DNA of 51,234 nucleotides from SAR86 cluster bacterium AG-339-G14 (GCA_003282105.1 QCAB01000004.1:1-51234); one strand, 5' to 3'. Counted from the stretch's first letter, positions 1 through 9,839 are shown. A program made the numbers and translations. The notes: generated from the sequence alone by a model not told the origin.

Positions 1-371
1 TTATATTCACTGATTTTTTAACAAAAGAAGAAATTTTATCCTTGTTATTTATTTCAGATTGTTTCATTTTTCCATCTAGAGCAGATACTTTTCCATTAGT
101 GATTCTTGAAGCTATGGCAGCAGAAGTTCCAGTTATATCTACTTCTATCGGAGGTATTCCTTACCAAGTAGGTGAAAATTGTGGAGTCTTGATTAAACCT
201 AATTCTCCTGAAGAGCTTTCAATTGCAATGTCTAGATTAATTAACAAAAAAGACGAACTAAAAGAATTTGGAAAAAATGCAAGAAAGAGAGTTTTATCTA
301 ACTTTAGTTGGGAAAATTCTGCAAAGACCGCGATAGATTCTTACAATAAAATCTTAGCTATGAAAATCTAA
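1..371 (+). CDS. Glycosyltransferase family 4, C-terminal part (5'-truncated by window edge)
   Basis: Frame is open from position 3; GT4 motif FPSRADTFPLVILEAMAAEVPVISTSIGGIP and terminal FSWE. Confidence 0.9.
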   Translation, partial: IFTDFLTKEEILSLLFISDCFIFPSRADTFPLVILEAMAAEVPVISTSIGGIPYQVGENCGVLIKPNSPEELSIAMSRLINKKDELKEFGKNARKRVLSNFSWENSAKTAIDSYNKILAMKI

Positions 372-372
372 A

Positions 373-1761
373 ATGAATTTAGCACTTTTATCCTTTTTTT
401 TAGTTTTGCTTTCAACAGTATCAAATCTATTTATTTTTACAATCCCGCCTATTATTCCTTTCCTTTCAACGTGCTTATTAGTTTTATCTATTGTTTTCTT
501 CAGGGGCCTTGAAGATTTTAGATCAGGGTTATTATTGATTACTCTTCTATATTCTTTCTTAGGAGTAATGCATTTTCTAATAAATGGCGATCATGATTTA
601 GGACAAGGTGGTTATAATTTATTTGCGTCTCTAGAAGACCCTTTTGTAAATTATCTTGCAATTCAATATATAAATTTTTTTTTGATAGGGATATGCTTGC
701 ATTCACTGGTTGTTAAAAACTCTTACTTGATAATCATTAACGATGCTTCTATAAATTCAAAAATGTACTCTTTTAGAGATTACAGAATCAAGCTCTTCTT
801 GGCATTTTGTCTTTTTTTATTCTTTTCGTTTTCCCTGGACTGGCAGAGAATATTATCTGAGTACACTCTTGAAGGTATAAGTCTTACTTTTTTTCTTTCA
901 TATTATATTTTTTTTATTTATTCATTTTACATTTTGCAAAGAGGCAAATTAAATTTAGTTTCCTTAATTCCATTATTTTTTATTATTGTTATTTTTTTTC
1001 TTACCGGCACTAGGCAAACTATTTTTTGGGGAATTCTATTATTGGCATTATCTTTTTACATTTTTAGATTAAAAGAAAATAACGAAAAGGACAGAAAATT
1101 AAAAATTTTAAATTTAAAAACTATAATTAAATTATCAACTTTATTTTTTTTAATTCTTATTTTATTTTCAGGAGCAGTATATTTCAGAGTTAATAGAGAC
1201 CCAGAAATGCTTCTGAGTTTTTTTAGTAATTTACCTTTAATATTTAAATTATTTATTAATCTCTTCATAGCAGAGACTATGTACACCTATTACAATTTAT
1301 TGATTGTTTTGGATTTGTCTTTAAATGGAGTTTTTTCTTTACTGAATTTCTTCAATGATCTTATTTTACAAATTATCCCAGCTCAAATTTTTCCAGAGAA
1401 ATACAAGTTTATGGATTTCAATAACTTGAGCTTAGAAAAAAATCTTACTCCATTTGGAACCTGGTTTTCCATTGGTATGTTTACGACAATTTCTTTTCAT
1501 CCACTTTTAATTTGTTTTTATTCTTTTTTATACTGTTCTTTTTTAAATTTTTTATCGTTACCACTAAGAAAATTAACTAATAACAATCCTGAGTATATTG
1601 CTTTTTATTGCGTAATTTATATTTTTTGTAGTGTTTATATAGTAAGAGCTACTATAGCAGGCGGGTTAAAAATTGCTTTTTCTATAATAGTTATAGCATT
1701 TTTAATAAATTCGATTTTTAAAGTATTTACTGGTCAGTTTGTTGAAAAAGCAAGAAGATAA
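373..1761 (+). CDS. Polytopic membrane protein, probable O-antigen/polysaccharide polymerase (Wzy-like)
   Basis: 462 aa, many hydrophobic segments, TGTRQ motif after a TM helix, very AT-rich, lies between glycosyltransferases. Confidence 0.6.
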   Translation: MNLALLSFFLVLLSTVSNLFIFTIPPIIPFLSTCLLVLSIVFFRGLEDFRSGLLLITLLYSFLGVMHFLINGDHDLGQGGYNLFASLEDPFVNYLAIQYINFFLIGICLHSLVVKNSYLIIINDASINSKMYSFRDYRIKLFLAFCLFLFFSFSLDWQRILSEYTLEGISLTFFLSYYIFFIYSFYILQRGKLNLVSLIPLFFIIVIFFLTGTRQTIFWGILLLALSFYIFRLKENNEKDRKLKILNLKTIIKLSTLFFLILILFSGAVYFRVNRDPEMLLSFFSNLPLIFKLFINLFIAETMYTYYNLLIVLDLSLNGVFSLLNFFNDLILQIIPAQIFPEKYKFMDFNNLSLEKNLTPFGTWFSIGMFTTISFHPLLICFYSFLYCSFLNFLSLPLRKLTNNNPEYIAFYCVIYIFCSVYIVRATIAGGLKIAFSIIVIAFLINSIFKVFTGQFVEKARR

Positions 1762-2854
1762 AAAAATTATTGTAGTTCAAAGAATTATTCCAAGTTATAG
1801 GATTGATTTCTTTAGACTTCTTGATAAATCTTTAAAGGAAGATTTTCAAGTCTGGTATTCTTCAAATCCAGAGAAAAATAAAATCTTTAAAACAAAAAAA
1901 ACCTCTATAAAATTTTTTAGAAATTTAGGCCATTGCTATTCATTTCTTGGGAGTTTTTGGCAATTTGGTGTAATTTTTATCCCAATAAAAAGAAACGATA
2001 TAATTATCTTAGAGGGAAATCCAAGAATCATTACAAATTTTTTTTTGATTTTAAGATGTTATTTCAAAAGAGCTAATTTCGTTTGGTGGGGACATTTATA
2101 TAGTTCTACATCAAAGAATCTTAGGTCAAAGATTAGATTAAAAATAATGAGTTTCTTTTCTAATATTTTATTTTACACTGATGAAGAGGCCAAAAAATAT
2201 AAGAAGTTTAAGGAGGTTAAAAATAATATCTTCTATCTAAATAATGGGGTTGATTTAGAAAAATTAAACCCACTAAGAAAATCTTATGATTCATCAAAAA
2301 GAGAAATCGATATTTTTTTTATAGGTAGATTTACCAAAAAATCTAATATCAATCTTCTTTTGAAAGCATTAATAAATGACAATTGTAAAAATTATACCGC
2401 CATTCTTATAGGTGCTGAATCCGATGAAGAAGTAATAGAATATGAAAATATTTTAAAACTTCATTATCTGACAGACAGAGTCACTATAAAGAAAGTAATC
2501 ACTGATGAAAGAGATATAGCCTATTTTGCAAATCGCACTAAAATATTTTGCTATCCAGGATCAGTGGGACTTAGCTTAATACATTCTATGGCATATGGAT
2601 TGCCCAGTTTGATTCATGACGAAAGTAAATATCACATGCCTGAATTTTCAGCTTTTAAGGAGAACTTTACTGGTATAAATTTTAAATATTTAGACCATAA
2701 TTCTTTATCAAAGTCTATTTCTAAAATTTTAGAAGACGAAAATATTTTAAAAAATTTTTCTCAAAATTCCATTCAAATAGTTGAGTCAAAATTTAACTTT
2801 ATTTTTATGAAAAATAAATTTTTAGAAATGATCAAACAGATTTCGCAAGGTTAA
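1739..2854 (+). CDS. Glycosyltransferase family 4
   Basis: IIPSYR N-terminus, NNGVD, FIGRF..K, YPGSVGLSLIHSMAYGLP (GT-B C-terminal motif). Confidence 0.85.
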   Translation: MLKKQEDKKIIVVQRIIPSYRIDFFRLLDKSLKEDFQVWYSSNPEKNKIFKTKKTSIKFFRNLGHCYSFLGSFWQFGVIFIPIKRNDIIILEGNPRIITNFFLILRCYFKRANFVWWGHLYSSTSKNLRSKIRLKIMSFFSNILFYTDEEAKKYKKFKEVKNNIFYLNNGVDLEKLNPLRKSYDSSKREIDIFFIGRFTKKSNINLLLKALINDNCKNYTAILIGAESDEEVIEYENILKLHYLTDRVTIKKVITDERDIAYFANRTKIFCYPGSVGLSLIHSMAYGLPSLIHDESKYHMPEFSAFKENFTGINFKYLDHNSLSKSISKILEDENILKNFSQNSIQIVESKFNFIFMKNKFLEMIKQISQG

Positions 2855-2856
2855 GA

Positions 2857-3624
2857 TTGAAAGTCTCTGTAATTACAATTTGCTTGAACAGTGAAAATAC
2901 AATTTTAGATAATTTAAAATCAGTTAAAGGCCAAAGTTTTAAAAATATAGAACACATTATAATTGACGGAGGATCTACTGATAAAACTTTAGAAATTATC
3001 AAAGGATTTCAAAACCCTAACCTGAAGTTATTTTCAGAGAAAGACGAAGGAATTTATGATGCTATGAATAAAGGAATTGAAAAAAGCTCTGGTGATTTAA
3101 TAGGTTTTTTAAATTCAGATGATCTTTTCTATAATGAAAAAAGTATGAATGAAATGGTTCATCAGGTCAAAATAAATTCTTCTGAAGCTGTTTACTCTGA
3201 TCTAGTTTATATCTCTCAAGATAAAAGAAAAATTCTAAGATATTGGAAATCTAATCGTTTTAAAAGAGGTAGTTTCTCTAGGGGCTGGGCACCTCCACAT
3301 CCTACTTTTTATTTTAAAAAAGAATATAAAAATATTAAATTTGACCTTCGTTATAAGATCTCGTCGGATGTTGACTTAATGATGAGGCTTTTAGAGATAA
3401 AGAGTATTTCAGTAACTTACTTACCGAAAATTACAGTTAAAATGCGCATTGGAGGTGTATCTAATAGTTCTTTCAAAAATATTTTTAATCAAAATAAGGA
3501 AGTATTTGAGTCTTTAAAAGTCAATAATCAAAATTTTCACTATTCTTTTTTTATCTTTTTTAAACTTTTCAACAGAATTAATCAAAAAATTAAATCTTAC
3601 TTTATTCAAATTGAAAATAATTAA
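2857..3624 (+). CDS. Glycosyltransferase family 2 (WcaE-like)
   Basis: KVSVITICLN, IIDGGSTD, EKDEGIYDAMNKG, FLNSDD, PPHPTF motifs. Confidence 0.92.
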   Translation: MKVSVITICLNSENTILDNLKSVKGQSFKNIEHIIIDGGSTDKTLEIIKGFQNPNLKLFSEKDEGIYDAMNKGIEKSSGDLIGFLNSDDLFYNEKSMNEMVHQVKINSSEAVYSDLVYISQDKRKILRYWKSNRFKRGSFSRGWAPPHPTFYFKKEYKNIKFDLRYKISSDVDLMMRLLEIKSISVTYLPKITVKMRIGGVSNSSFKNIFNQNKEVFESLKVNNQNFHYSFFIFFKLFNRINQKIKSYFIQIENN

Positions 3625-4246
3625 AGTACATGACTCGAAACATGCAATAGGAAAAGCTTTTGAGCTATCACGTGACTTTCTCAAAAATGAAAAAAAATTA
3701 AATATATGTTTGACAGGAGGAAGATTTGGAGAAAAATTTTCTAATTTTTTAATTAACCATAACTCTCTTATAGTAAATAAGAATTTTTACTTAACAGACG
3801 AAAGAATTAGTAAGTTAATTTGGGAAAAAAATGGAGAAATAGTTTTAAAAAAACTAATAAAAAACAAAAATTTTGTTAATTGTAATTTTATAAATTTTGA
3901 AATTTCAACAAAAAAAAATAAAAATTACTTTGATGAATTAAAAATTTTTGATTTAGTTTTTATGAGCTTAGGGGAAGATGGGCATTTAGCAGGACATTTT
4001 CCGACATCAAATAATATAGATAAAAAAATTTGTTTTACAGATAGAGCTTCTTCAAAACCCCAAAAAAGAATAAGCTTCAGGTTAGATTTTCTAATGGAAG
4101 CTAAAAGAGTTATTCTTATTGTGTTAGGTAAAGAAAAAGAAAATGCTTTAATAAGTTTATTGAAAGGAAATAGCTTTCATTCGAAAAATATATTAAAACG
4201 TTTTAAAGAATTTTTCATAATTACAAATATTGATAATATTTCTTAG
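3611..4246 (+). CDS. pgl: 6-phosphogluconolactonase-like protein (divergent)
   Basis: LTGG, TDER, LGEDGHLAGHFP, RIS and LIVLGKEK match the 6PGL/glucosamine isomerase family. Confidence 0.7.
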   Translation: MKIIKVHDSKHAIGKAFELSRDFLKNEKKLNICLTGGRFGEKFSNFLINHNSLIVNKNFYLTDERISKLIWEKNGEIVLKKLIKNKNFVNCNFINFEISTKKNKNYFDELKIFDLVFMSLGEDGHLAGHFPTSNNIDKKICFTDRASSKPQKRISFRLDFLMEAKRVILIVLGKEKENALISLLKGNSFHSKNILKRFKEFFIITNIDNIS

Positions 4247-4256
4247 GTAGAAGCTA

Positions 4257-5108
4257 TTGAATTTAATAGAAAAAATTTATTTTAAGCTTAGTAAAAAGAA
4301 AGAAATATTTCTAATTGAAAATTCAGAAGATAAAGAATTTATTAAATCAAATTTAAAAGATAGTAATTTAATAGGAATTGACACAGAATTTGATTGGAGA
4401 AGGACTTATTTTCCAAACTTGTCAATTTTGCAAATATCAACAAGAAATAAAATTTTTCTAATTGATTACTTAAATTTCTCCAATTTAGATTTTTTGGAAC
4501 AGATACTCTTGAAAAAAGATTTTTTAATTTTTCATTCGGTCAGAAGTGACACAACTATTTTATCAAAATGCTTGCAAATTGAAGTAGATCAAGTTTTTGA
4601 CATTCAAATAGCAGAGAGATTTCTAACTGGAGGGAATAATCAAAATTATGCGGCAATTGTTGAAAATTATTTTCCAGTTAAATTATCAAAATCTGAGACT
4701 AACTCGGATTGGCTTCAAAGACCTCTTTCAAAGAAACAAATTTCTTATGCCGCTAATGATGTAAGGTTTTTAATTGATATTTTTGAAAAACAGAAAAAAA
4801 AATTAATTTCAATGAACAAATATAATGATGTGTTAAGTGCGTCTAAAAAAGAAGCAAATTTGGGAAATCAAGATCTTCACGTTTCTAGACTTGCAAAATT
4901 AAGTAATGCTAATGAAAAAGAAAAAAAACTTTTTATGTGGAGAGAAAATTTGGCTATTAAGAAGAATATTCCTTCTTCTTACATCTTTAAGGACAAACAC
5001 TTGAAAGAGATTCTGAAAGTTTATAAATCTTCCGATGGACTTAATAAGGTTACAAATTTAACACGAAGTAGAACACTGGCAAAAGATATTATTGAAAACT
5101 TAAATTAA
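4257..5108 (+). CDS. rnd: Ribonuclease D (3'-5' exonuclease with HRDC domain, shortened)
   Basis: GIDTEF, FDIQIA, SDWLQRPLS..QISYAANDV; WRE..A...NIPSSYIFKD HRDC segment. Confidence 0.9.
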   Translation: MNLIEKIYFKLSKKKEIFLIENSEDKEFIKSNLKDSNLIGIDTEFDWRRTYFPNLSILQISTRNKIFLIDYLNFSNLDFLEQILLKKDFLIFHSVRSDTTILSKCLQIEVDQVFDIQIAERFLTGGNNQNYAAIVENYFPVKLSKSETNSDWLQRPLSKKQISYAANDVRFLIDIFEKQKKKLISMNKYNDVLSASKKEANLGNQDLHVSRLAKLSNANEKEKKLFMWRENLAIKKNIPSSYIFKDKHLKEILKVYKSSDGLNKVTNLTRSRTLAKDIIENLN

Positions 5109-5404
5109 TGATTTATTTCTGGATTTTATATTTTATTCTTTCATTAATAATATCTTTTTCTTTTTATAAGATTTTTAGTTCACCTGTATTGAAAATTTTA
5201 TTTTTTTCTATTTTTTTTGGGTTACTGAATGGAGTGTGGTTTGTTTTGCCTGGGAGCCAAACTTTAGCTCCTGCTATTTCAATTTTAATTCTTGAAAATA
5301 CAATTATTGAAGGTAATGGATACATTCGTCTAATAAGGCCAATGCTAGTTTCGTTTATAGTTGGGTTTTTAATTGCAATTTCCTTTCATTTAGTAAAAAA
5401 ATAA
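5108..5404 (+). CDS. Hypothetical small membrane protein
   Basis: 98 aa, about three hydrophobic segments, TAATG coupling to rnd. Confidence 0.7.
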   Translation: MIYFWILYFILSLIISFSFYKIFSSPVLKILFFSIFFGLLNGVWFVLPGSQTLAPAISILILENTIIEGNGYIRLIRPMLVSFIVGFLIAISFHLVKK

Positions 5405-5409
5405 AAAAA

Positions 5410-5868
5410 TTAATTTTTTTGAAGAGAAAATATCGAAAATTCCCAATAGTAAACTCCATTCTTTTTTTCGTAAGAATTTTTGTTTAAAACTTCTATGTTT
5501 TTAATAGCCTTTTCGAGAAAAGAACTTTTTCTGGATAAATCTTTTCATGTGCCATTAGATAATAATTTTTGAAAGAATCATAAATCTCACTTTCTTCAGA
5601 AAACGAAGTGGTACAAACTATTAGACTACCTCCAGAGTTTAAAAATTGTTTTGAGTTCTTTATGACCTCTAGAATAAGGTTTGCACCTGTATTGTCGGCC
5701 TTTGGCACTTCCTCTGGAAACCAACTAGTTAATTTTGCTACTTCTTCTTTAACTCCAGAAACATCACAACAAATTATGTCGTAATTTTTTTTTACATTTT
5801 TCACTAAGAAGCGTAAGCCTAAAAACTTTTTCATTATATTCAAGATCTATTCCAAGAAATTCAATCAT
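5410..5868 (-). pseudogene. Disrupted class I SAM-dependent methyltransferase-like gene
   Basis: Three segments separated by frame breaks: MIEFLGIDLEYNEKVFRLTLLSEKC (ATG 5868), KNVKKNYDIICCDVSG...FLNSGGSL...RLLK, and NIEVLNKNSYEKKNGVYYWEFSIFSLQKN* (stop 5410); no GxGxG motif I. Confidence 0.6.
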
Positions 5869-5873
5869 AAGAT

Positions 5874-6362
5874 TTAAAAATTAATAATTTTAGGTAATTT
5901 ATCTTTTAAATTTAATATTCCTACTTGATTTTTACCCTGCATGAAACCAGCGCATTCTCCTGGATTAAATATTAAAGTGTTCTTAATTATTTCATTTCTA
6001 TATCTATGTGTATGACCATGGAAAATGATATCAGATCTGTCCAACAGATTAGTATCTATAAGTTCAGGGTGGTGGATCAAGCAAATCGAAACGCCTTCGA
6101 GTTTAAAAAAATATGGTTCTTCGCTAATCATACAGTTCATATTTTTTGCAACTTTTTCTAATGATTCTTTTTCTTCGATGTCATTGTTTCCAAAAACAGC
6201 ATATATATTACAATTCAAAGAGTTAAAAGCATGAAGAGATTTAGGTAAAGTTATATCGCCTGTATGAAGGACTAGATCGGTATTCTCTTTATTAAAGATT
6301 TCACATATTTTAGAGATATTTTTTAAGTTATTATGAGTATCTCCAACTATTCCTAAAATCAA
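5874..6362 (-). CDS. Metallophosphoesterase, YfcE/MJ0936 family
   Basis: DTH, HTGD, GNND, HGHTH, NPGE motifs. Confidence 0.92.
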   Translation of the reverse strand: MILGIVGDTHNNLKNISKICEIFNKENTDLVLHTGDITLPKSLHAFNSLNCNIYAVFGNNDIEEKESLEKVAKNMNCMISEEPYFFKLEGVSICLIHHPELIDTNLLDRSDIIFHGHTHRYRNEIIKNTLIFNPGECAGFMQGKNQVGILNLKDKLPKIINF

Positions 6363-7505
6363 TTAGGAATTTTTCTCTAAAATATGAATTCCGCAAGCAG
6401 TTCCAAGACCAATCACATGAGTCATGCCAATTTTTGCTCCTTCAACCTGCCTTTTTCCTGCCTCGCCTCTTAAATGGGTGCAGATTTCGTATATGTTAGC
6501 TATACCTGTTGCTCCTAAGGGATGTCCCTTTGAAAGAAGACCTCCAGAAACGTTCACTGGAACCCTTCCGCCTAATTCGACATGACCCTCGTCAATCATC
6601 TTGCCAGCATCCCCATCTTTGCAAAGTCCAAGATTTTCATAATGCAACATTTCCGCAGTTGCAAAACAATCATGTAACTCAACAAGATTTATATCTTCTG
6701 GACCCACTCCAGCTTGTTCATATGCGTCTTTTGCCGCTAATCTTGTACAAGCATTAACGTCAGGCATTACTAAATCTCTGTCCGTATAGGGATCACTTGC
6801 CATTGCAGATGCTCTTACTTTAACTGCTCTAGCCATACCTAATTCTTTTGCTTTTTTTTCTGAAACTAATATTGCAGCTGCGGAACCATCCACATTTACA
6901 GAGCACATAAGTTTTGTGTTCGGATAAGAAATCATCTCAGCATTCATAACATCATCAAGAGGAGTTTCTATTTGATACATTGCCTTGGGATTCATCGTAG
7001 AGTGATGATGATTTTTTACAGAAATCTTTGCAAATTGTTCAAACGTAGTTCCATGTTCCTTGGCATGCTCCATTCCAGCTTCTGCAAAAACGCAAGGCAT
7101 TGTTCCAGATCCTAAGAGTCCTTCTTTAGGAATTCCGTCGCTATTACCGGCTCCACCTAAAAGACCTTTACCCATTTGTTCTACGCCAACTGCTAAAACC
7201 ACGTCATACATTCCAGCTTTAATAGACATCCAAGCCTCTCTGAAAGCCGTAGCTCCAGTTGCACAAGCGTTAGCTACGTTCACTACAGGCATACCTGTTT
7301 GACCAATTTCCTGAAGAATTCTTTGACCGACCATTGCATTGGCTTGACCTAAATTTCCACAATACATAGCTTGCATGTCTTTTATGCTTAAACCAGCATC
7401 ATCGAGAGCCATTAGTGCAGCTTCTGCTCCAATATTTGGAACACTTCTTTCGGGAAATCTTCCAAATTTAATCATATCGACTCCAACCACATATACATCA
7501 CTCAT
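6363..7505 (-). CDS. Thiolase, SCP-x/SCP2-thiolase type
   Basis: NACATGA (catalytic Cys), VELHDCF, GGLLSKGHPLGATG. Confidence 0.92.
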   Translation of the reverse strand: MSDVYVVGVDMIKFGRFPERSVPNIGAEAALMALDDAGLSIKDMQAMYCGNLGQANAMVGQRILQEIGQTGMPVVNVANACATGATAFREAWMSIKAGMYDVVLAVGVEQMGKGLLGGAGNSDGIPKEGLLGSGTMPCVFAEAGMEHAKEHGTTFEQFAKISVKNHHHSTMNPKAMYQIETPLDDVMNAEMISYPNTKLMCSVNVDGSAAAILVSEKKAKELGMARAVKVRASAMASDPYTDRDLVMPDVNACTRLAAKDAYEQAGVGPEDINLVELHDCFATAEMLHYENLGLCKDGDAGKMIDEGHVELGGRVPVNVSGGLLSKGHPLGATGIANIYEICTHLRGEAGKRQVEGAKIGMTHVIGLGTACGIHILEKNS

Positions 7506-7516
7506 ATTTCACCTCT

Positions 7517-7933
7517 TTAAGCGGGTTCGAAAAAATAACTTAGATAAGAATTTCCTTCTTTATCTTTTCTGCCTAAAGCATCTCCATAAGTAAGCTTAAC
7601 CGGCATATCAAATTTTATTTTATCAGGATCTGGATCAATATTGATAAGATTTCCTTTAATTGTTCCGCCACCTTCTAAGTCTACAATCGCAGAAACGTAT
7701 GGGACATCTATTCCAGGAAAGGATCTGTAAACAATAGCAAAACTATGAAGTTTTCCATAATCCGACAATTTGATTACTTCCATTTCGTTTCTTGCAAAGC
7801 ATTTGGAACAGACATTTCTTTCCCCAAGAAATATAGCTCCACATTTTTTACATCTATAACCTTCTAAATAAGGCTCTCCCTTTTCTGGTATCTTTAGATA
7901 ATCAACTACTGGCAAAGGTCTAGATTCTGTCAC
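7517..7933 (-). CDS. DUF35 zinc-ribbon/OB-fold protein (thiolase partner)
   Basis: CKKC...CSKC zinc ribbon plus PYVSAIVDLEGG OB fold; start placed at GTG 7933 after a GGAG SD. Confidence 0.88.
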   Translation of the reverse strand: MTESRPLPVVDYLKIPEKGEPYLEGYRCKKCGAIFLGERNVCSKCFARNEMEVIKLSDYGKLHSFAIVYRSFPGIDVPYVSAIVDLEGGGTIKGNLINIDPDPDKIKFDMPVKLTYGDALGRKDKEGNSYLSYFFEPA

Positions 7934-8009
7934 ATTTCTCCACATAAAATTTAAACGTATAATAATTAAAGCACAGCAAGAATAAAAAATTAATAAAAAT
8001 TAAAAAAAT

Positions 8010-8744
8010 ATGAGTCTTATCGGTGGTTTAGTTGGAGGCATGATTGGATTCACTTTCCTAGGTCCTTTAGGAGCCTTAATAGGAAGTGTTGTGGGCTCAA
8101 GGATGGTTAGAAATTCAGTTCGTAGAAAAAATCCTAATAATTTCGATCATCAAGTTGCTTTTTTCGCTGCCCTTTTTGCTTGTTTGGCAAAAATTGCGAA
8201 AGCAGATGGACAGGTCACTAAGGAAGAAATTAACAAAATAGAAGACTTTATAACTCAAAAGTTTAATTTAGATGGAGAGCAAAGAAATTTTGCTATTAAT
8301 ATTTTTCAAAAGGCTAAAGATGATAATGTATCTTTCGATGCTTATGCAAAACAATTGGCAAGTTTACTCAAGAGTAGTCCTAATTCGCTAATGATTTTTT
8401 ATGAACTTTTGTTTGAATTAGCAATGGCTGATGGCGAATTGCATCCTAACGAAGAAAAGTTATTAAAAAAAGTTCCAAAGATTTTTGGTTTTAACGATGG
8501 CTTATACAATCAATTATTCCAAAAATATGGGCTGAAAACTCAAAATTTCTATGAAGTACTTGGCGTTTCAAAACAAATGAATTTTGATGAAATAAGAAAG
8601 ACATATTTAAAAAAAAGGAGAGAATTTCATCCTGATAAATTAATCTCTAAAGGTTTGCCAGAAGAATTGATAGAAAAAGCTAAAGAGAAATTTATAGAAA
8701 TTCAAGAAGCCTATGAAGAATTGGAAAAAATTCATAAAAAATGA
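8010..8744 (+). CDS. djlA: Co-chaperone DjlA (TerB-like domain plus J domain)
   Basis: Gly-rich N-terminal TM, KIAKADGQV, C-terminal J domain with HPD. Confidence 0.9.
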   Translation: MSLIGGLVGGMIGFTFLGPLGALIGSVVGSRMVRNSVRRKNPNNFDHQVAFFAALFACLAKIAKADGQVTKEEINKIEDFITQKFNLDGEQRNFAINIFQKAKDDNVSFDAYAKQLASLLKSSPNSLMIFYELLFELAMADGELHPNEEKLLKKVPKIFGFNDGLYNQLFQKYGLKTQNFYEVLGVSKQMNFDEIRKTYLKKRREFHPDKLISKGLPEELIEKAKEKFIEIQEAYEELEKIHKK

Positions 8745-8755
8745 TAATTTGAATT

Positions 8756-9223
8756 GTGAAATTTTTATCTTCTTTCAATCAAAAATTAATTAATTTAATT
8801 TATTTTGATTTCATTATTCTGCTTTTTTTCAGGCTATACCTAGCTTATGTATTTTGGTTTGCAGGCATAAGAAAGATAGCTTGGGACAATGGAATTCCTA
8901 ACATTGATAGATTTGCGGGATTTCTGGCTGCTGGTGGAGAAGATAATCTAAATTTTATTTTTCCTCATTTTTTTGGTTGGTTAGCAGTTCTTGCAGAAGC
9001 AGGGGGCGCTATTTTTCTAACATTAGGCCTCTTCTCAAGATGGGCGATAATTCCATTAATTTTCACAATGTTGGTAGCTTTTTATTATCACTTTCCAAAT
9101 GGATGGAATTCAGATTCTGGAGGAGTTGAAATGACAGTGACTTATATTTTAATGTTGCTCGTGATTACAGTTTATGGACCAGGTAAATATTTTTCTTTAG
9201 ATTACTGGGTACTGAGAAAGTAA
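8756..9223 (+). CDS. DoxX family membrane protein
   Basis: RLYLAYVFWFAG..K, AEAGGA, GPGKYFSLD. Confidence 0.85.
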   Translation: MKFLSSFNQKLINLIYFDFIILLFFRLYLAYVFWFAGIRKIAWDNGIPNIDRFAGFLAAGGEDNLNFIFPHFFGWLAVLAEAGGAIFLTLGLFSRWAIIPLIFTMLVAFYYHFPNGWNSDSGGVEMTVTYILMLLVITVYGPGKYFSLDYWVLRK

Positions 9224-9224
9224 G

Positions 9225-9830
9225 TTGTTATTTCATTCAGATATAACTGTCGAACCAATCCTTAGAGTTGTTGAAATTCTAAATAAGGCCATGACTTTAA
9301 ATTTAGTAGATTGGAATGCCATGAATATTGCTACCGTAAACGTTGATGGTTCTCCATCTTCAAGGATGGTGCTACTAAAAAAAGTAGACGATAGAGGGTT
9401 TGTTTTTTACTCAAATTTCAATAGCAGAAAAGGAAAAGAAATTGAAAAAAATAATTCAGTTGCTCTTAATTTTTGGTGGAGAGAGCTTAAAGAGCAGATT
9501 AGAGTTGAAGGGAAAATTGAAAGACTCTCTGCAGAAGAATCAGATGAATATTTCAACTCAAGGGCATTGCAATCTAGGGTTGCTGCAATTGTTTCTAAGC
9601 AAAGTGAGAAAATAGAGTCTTATGAAAAATTAAATCAAGAAATTGAAGAGATGACAAAAAGTTTTGAAGATAAAGGAGAAGAGCCTGAAAGACCTGAGCA
9701 CTGCGGATTATATTTGATAGTTCCAAGTTCTATAGAGATCTGGAAAGAAGGAGATTACAGAACTCATTTAAGAGAGAAATTTACGTTAACTTCGAAAAAT
9801 ACCTGGGAAAGTTGCTTCTTATCTCCTTGA
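9225..9830 (+). CDS. pdxH: Pyridoxine/pyridoxamine 5'-phosphate oxidase
   Basis: PSSRMVLLK, GFVFYSNFNSRKG, QIRVEG, SDEYFNSR. Confidence 0.93.
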   Translation: MLFHSDITVEPILRVVEILNKAMTLNLVDWNAMNIATVNVDGSPSSRMVLLKKVDDRGFVFYSNFNSRKGKEIEKNNSVALNFWWRELKEQIRVEGKIERLSAEESDEYFNSRALQSRVAAIVSKQSEKIESYEKLNQEIEEMTKSFEDKGEEPERPEHCGLYLIVPSSIEIWKEGDYRTHLREKFTLTSKNTWESCFLSP

Positions 9831-9839
9831 TTTTTGAGT

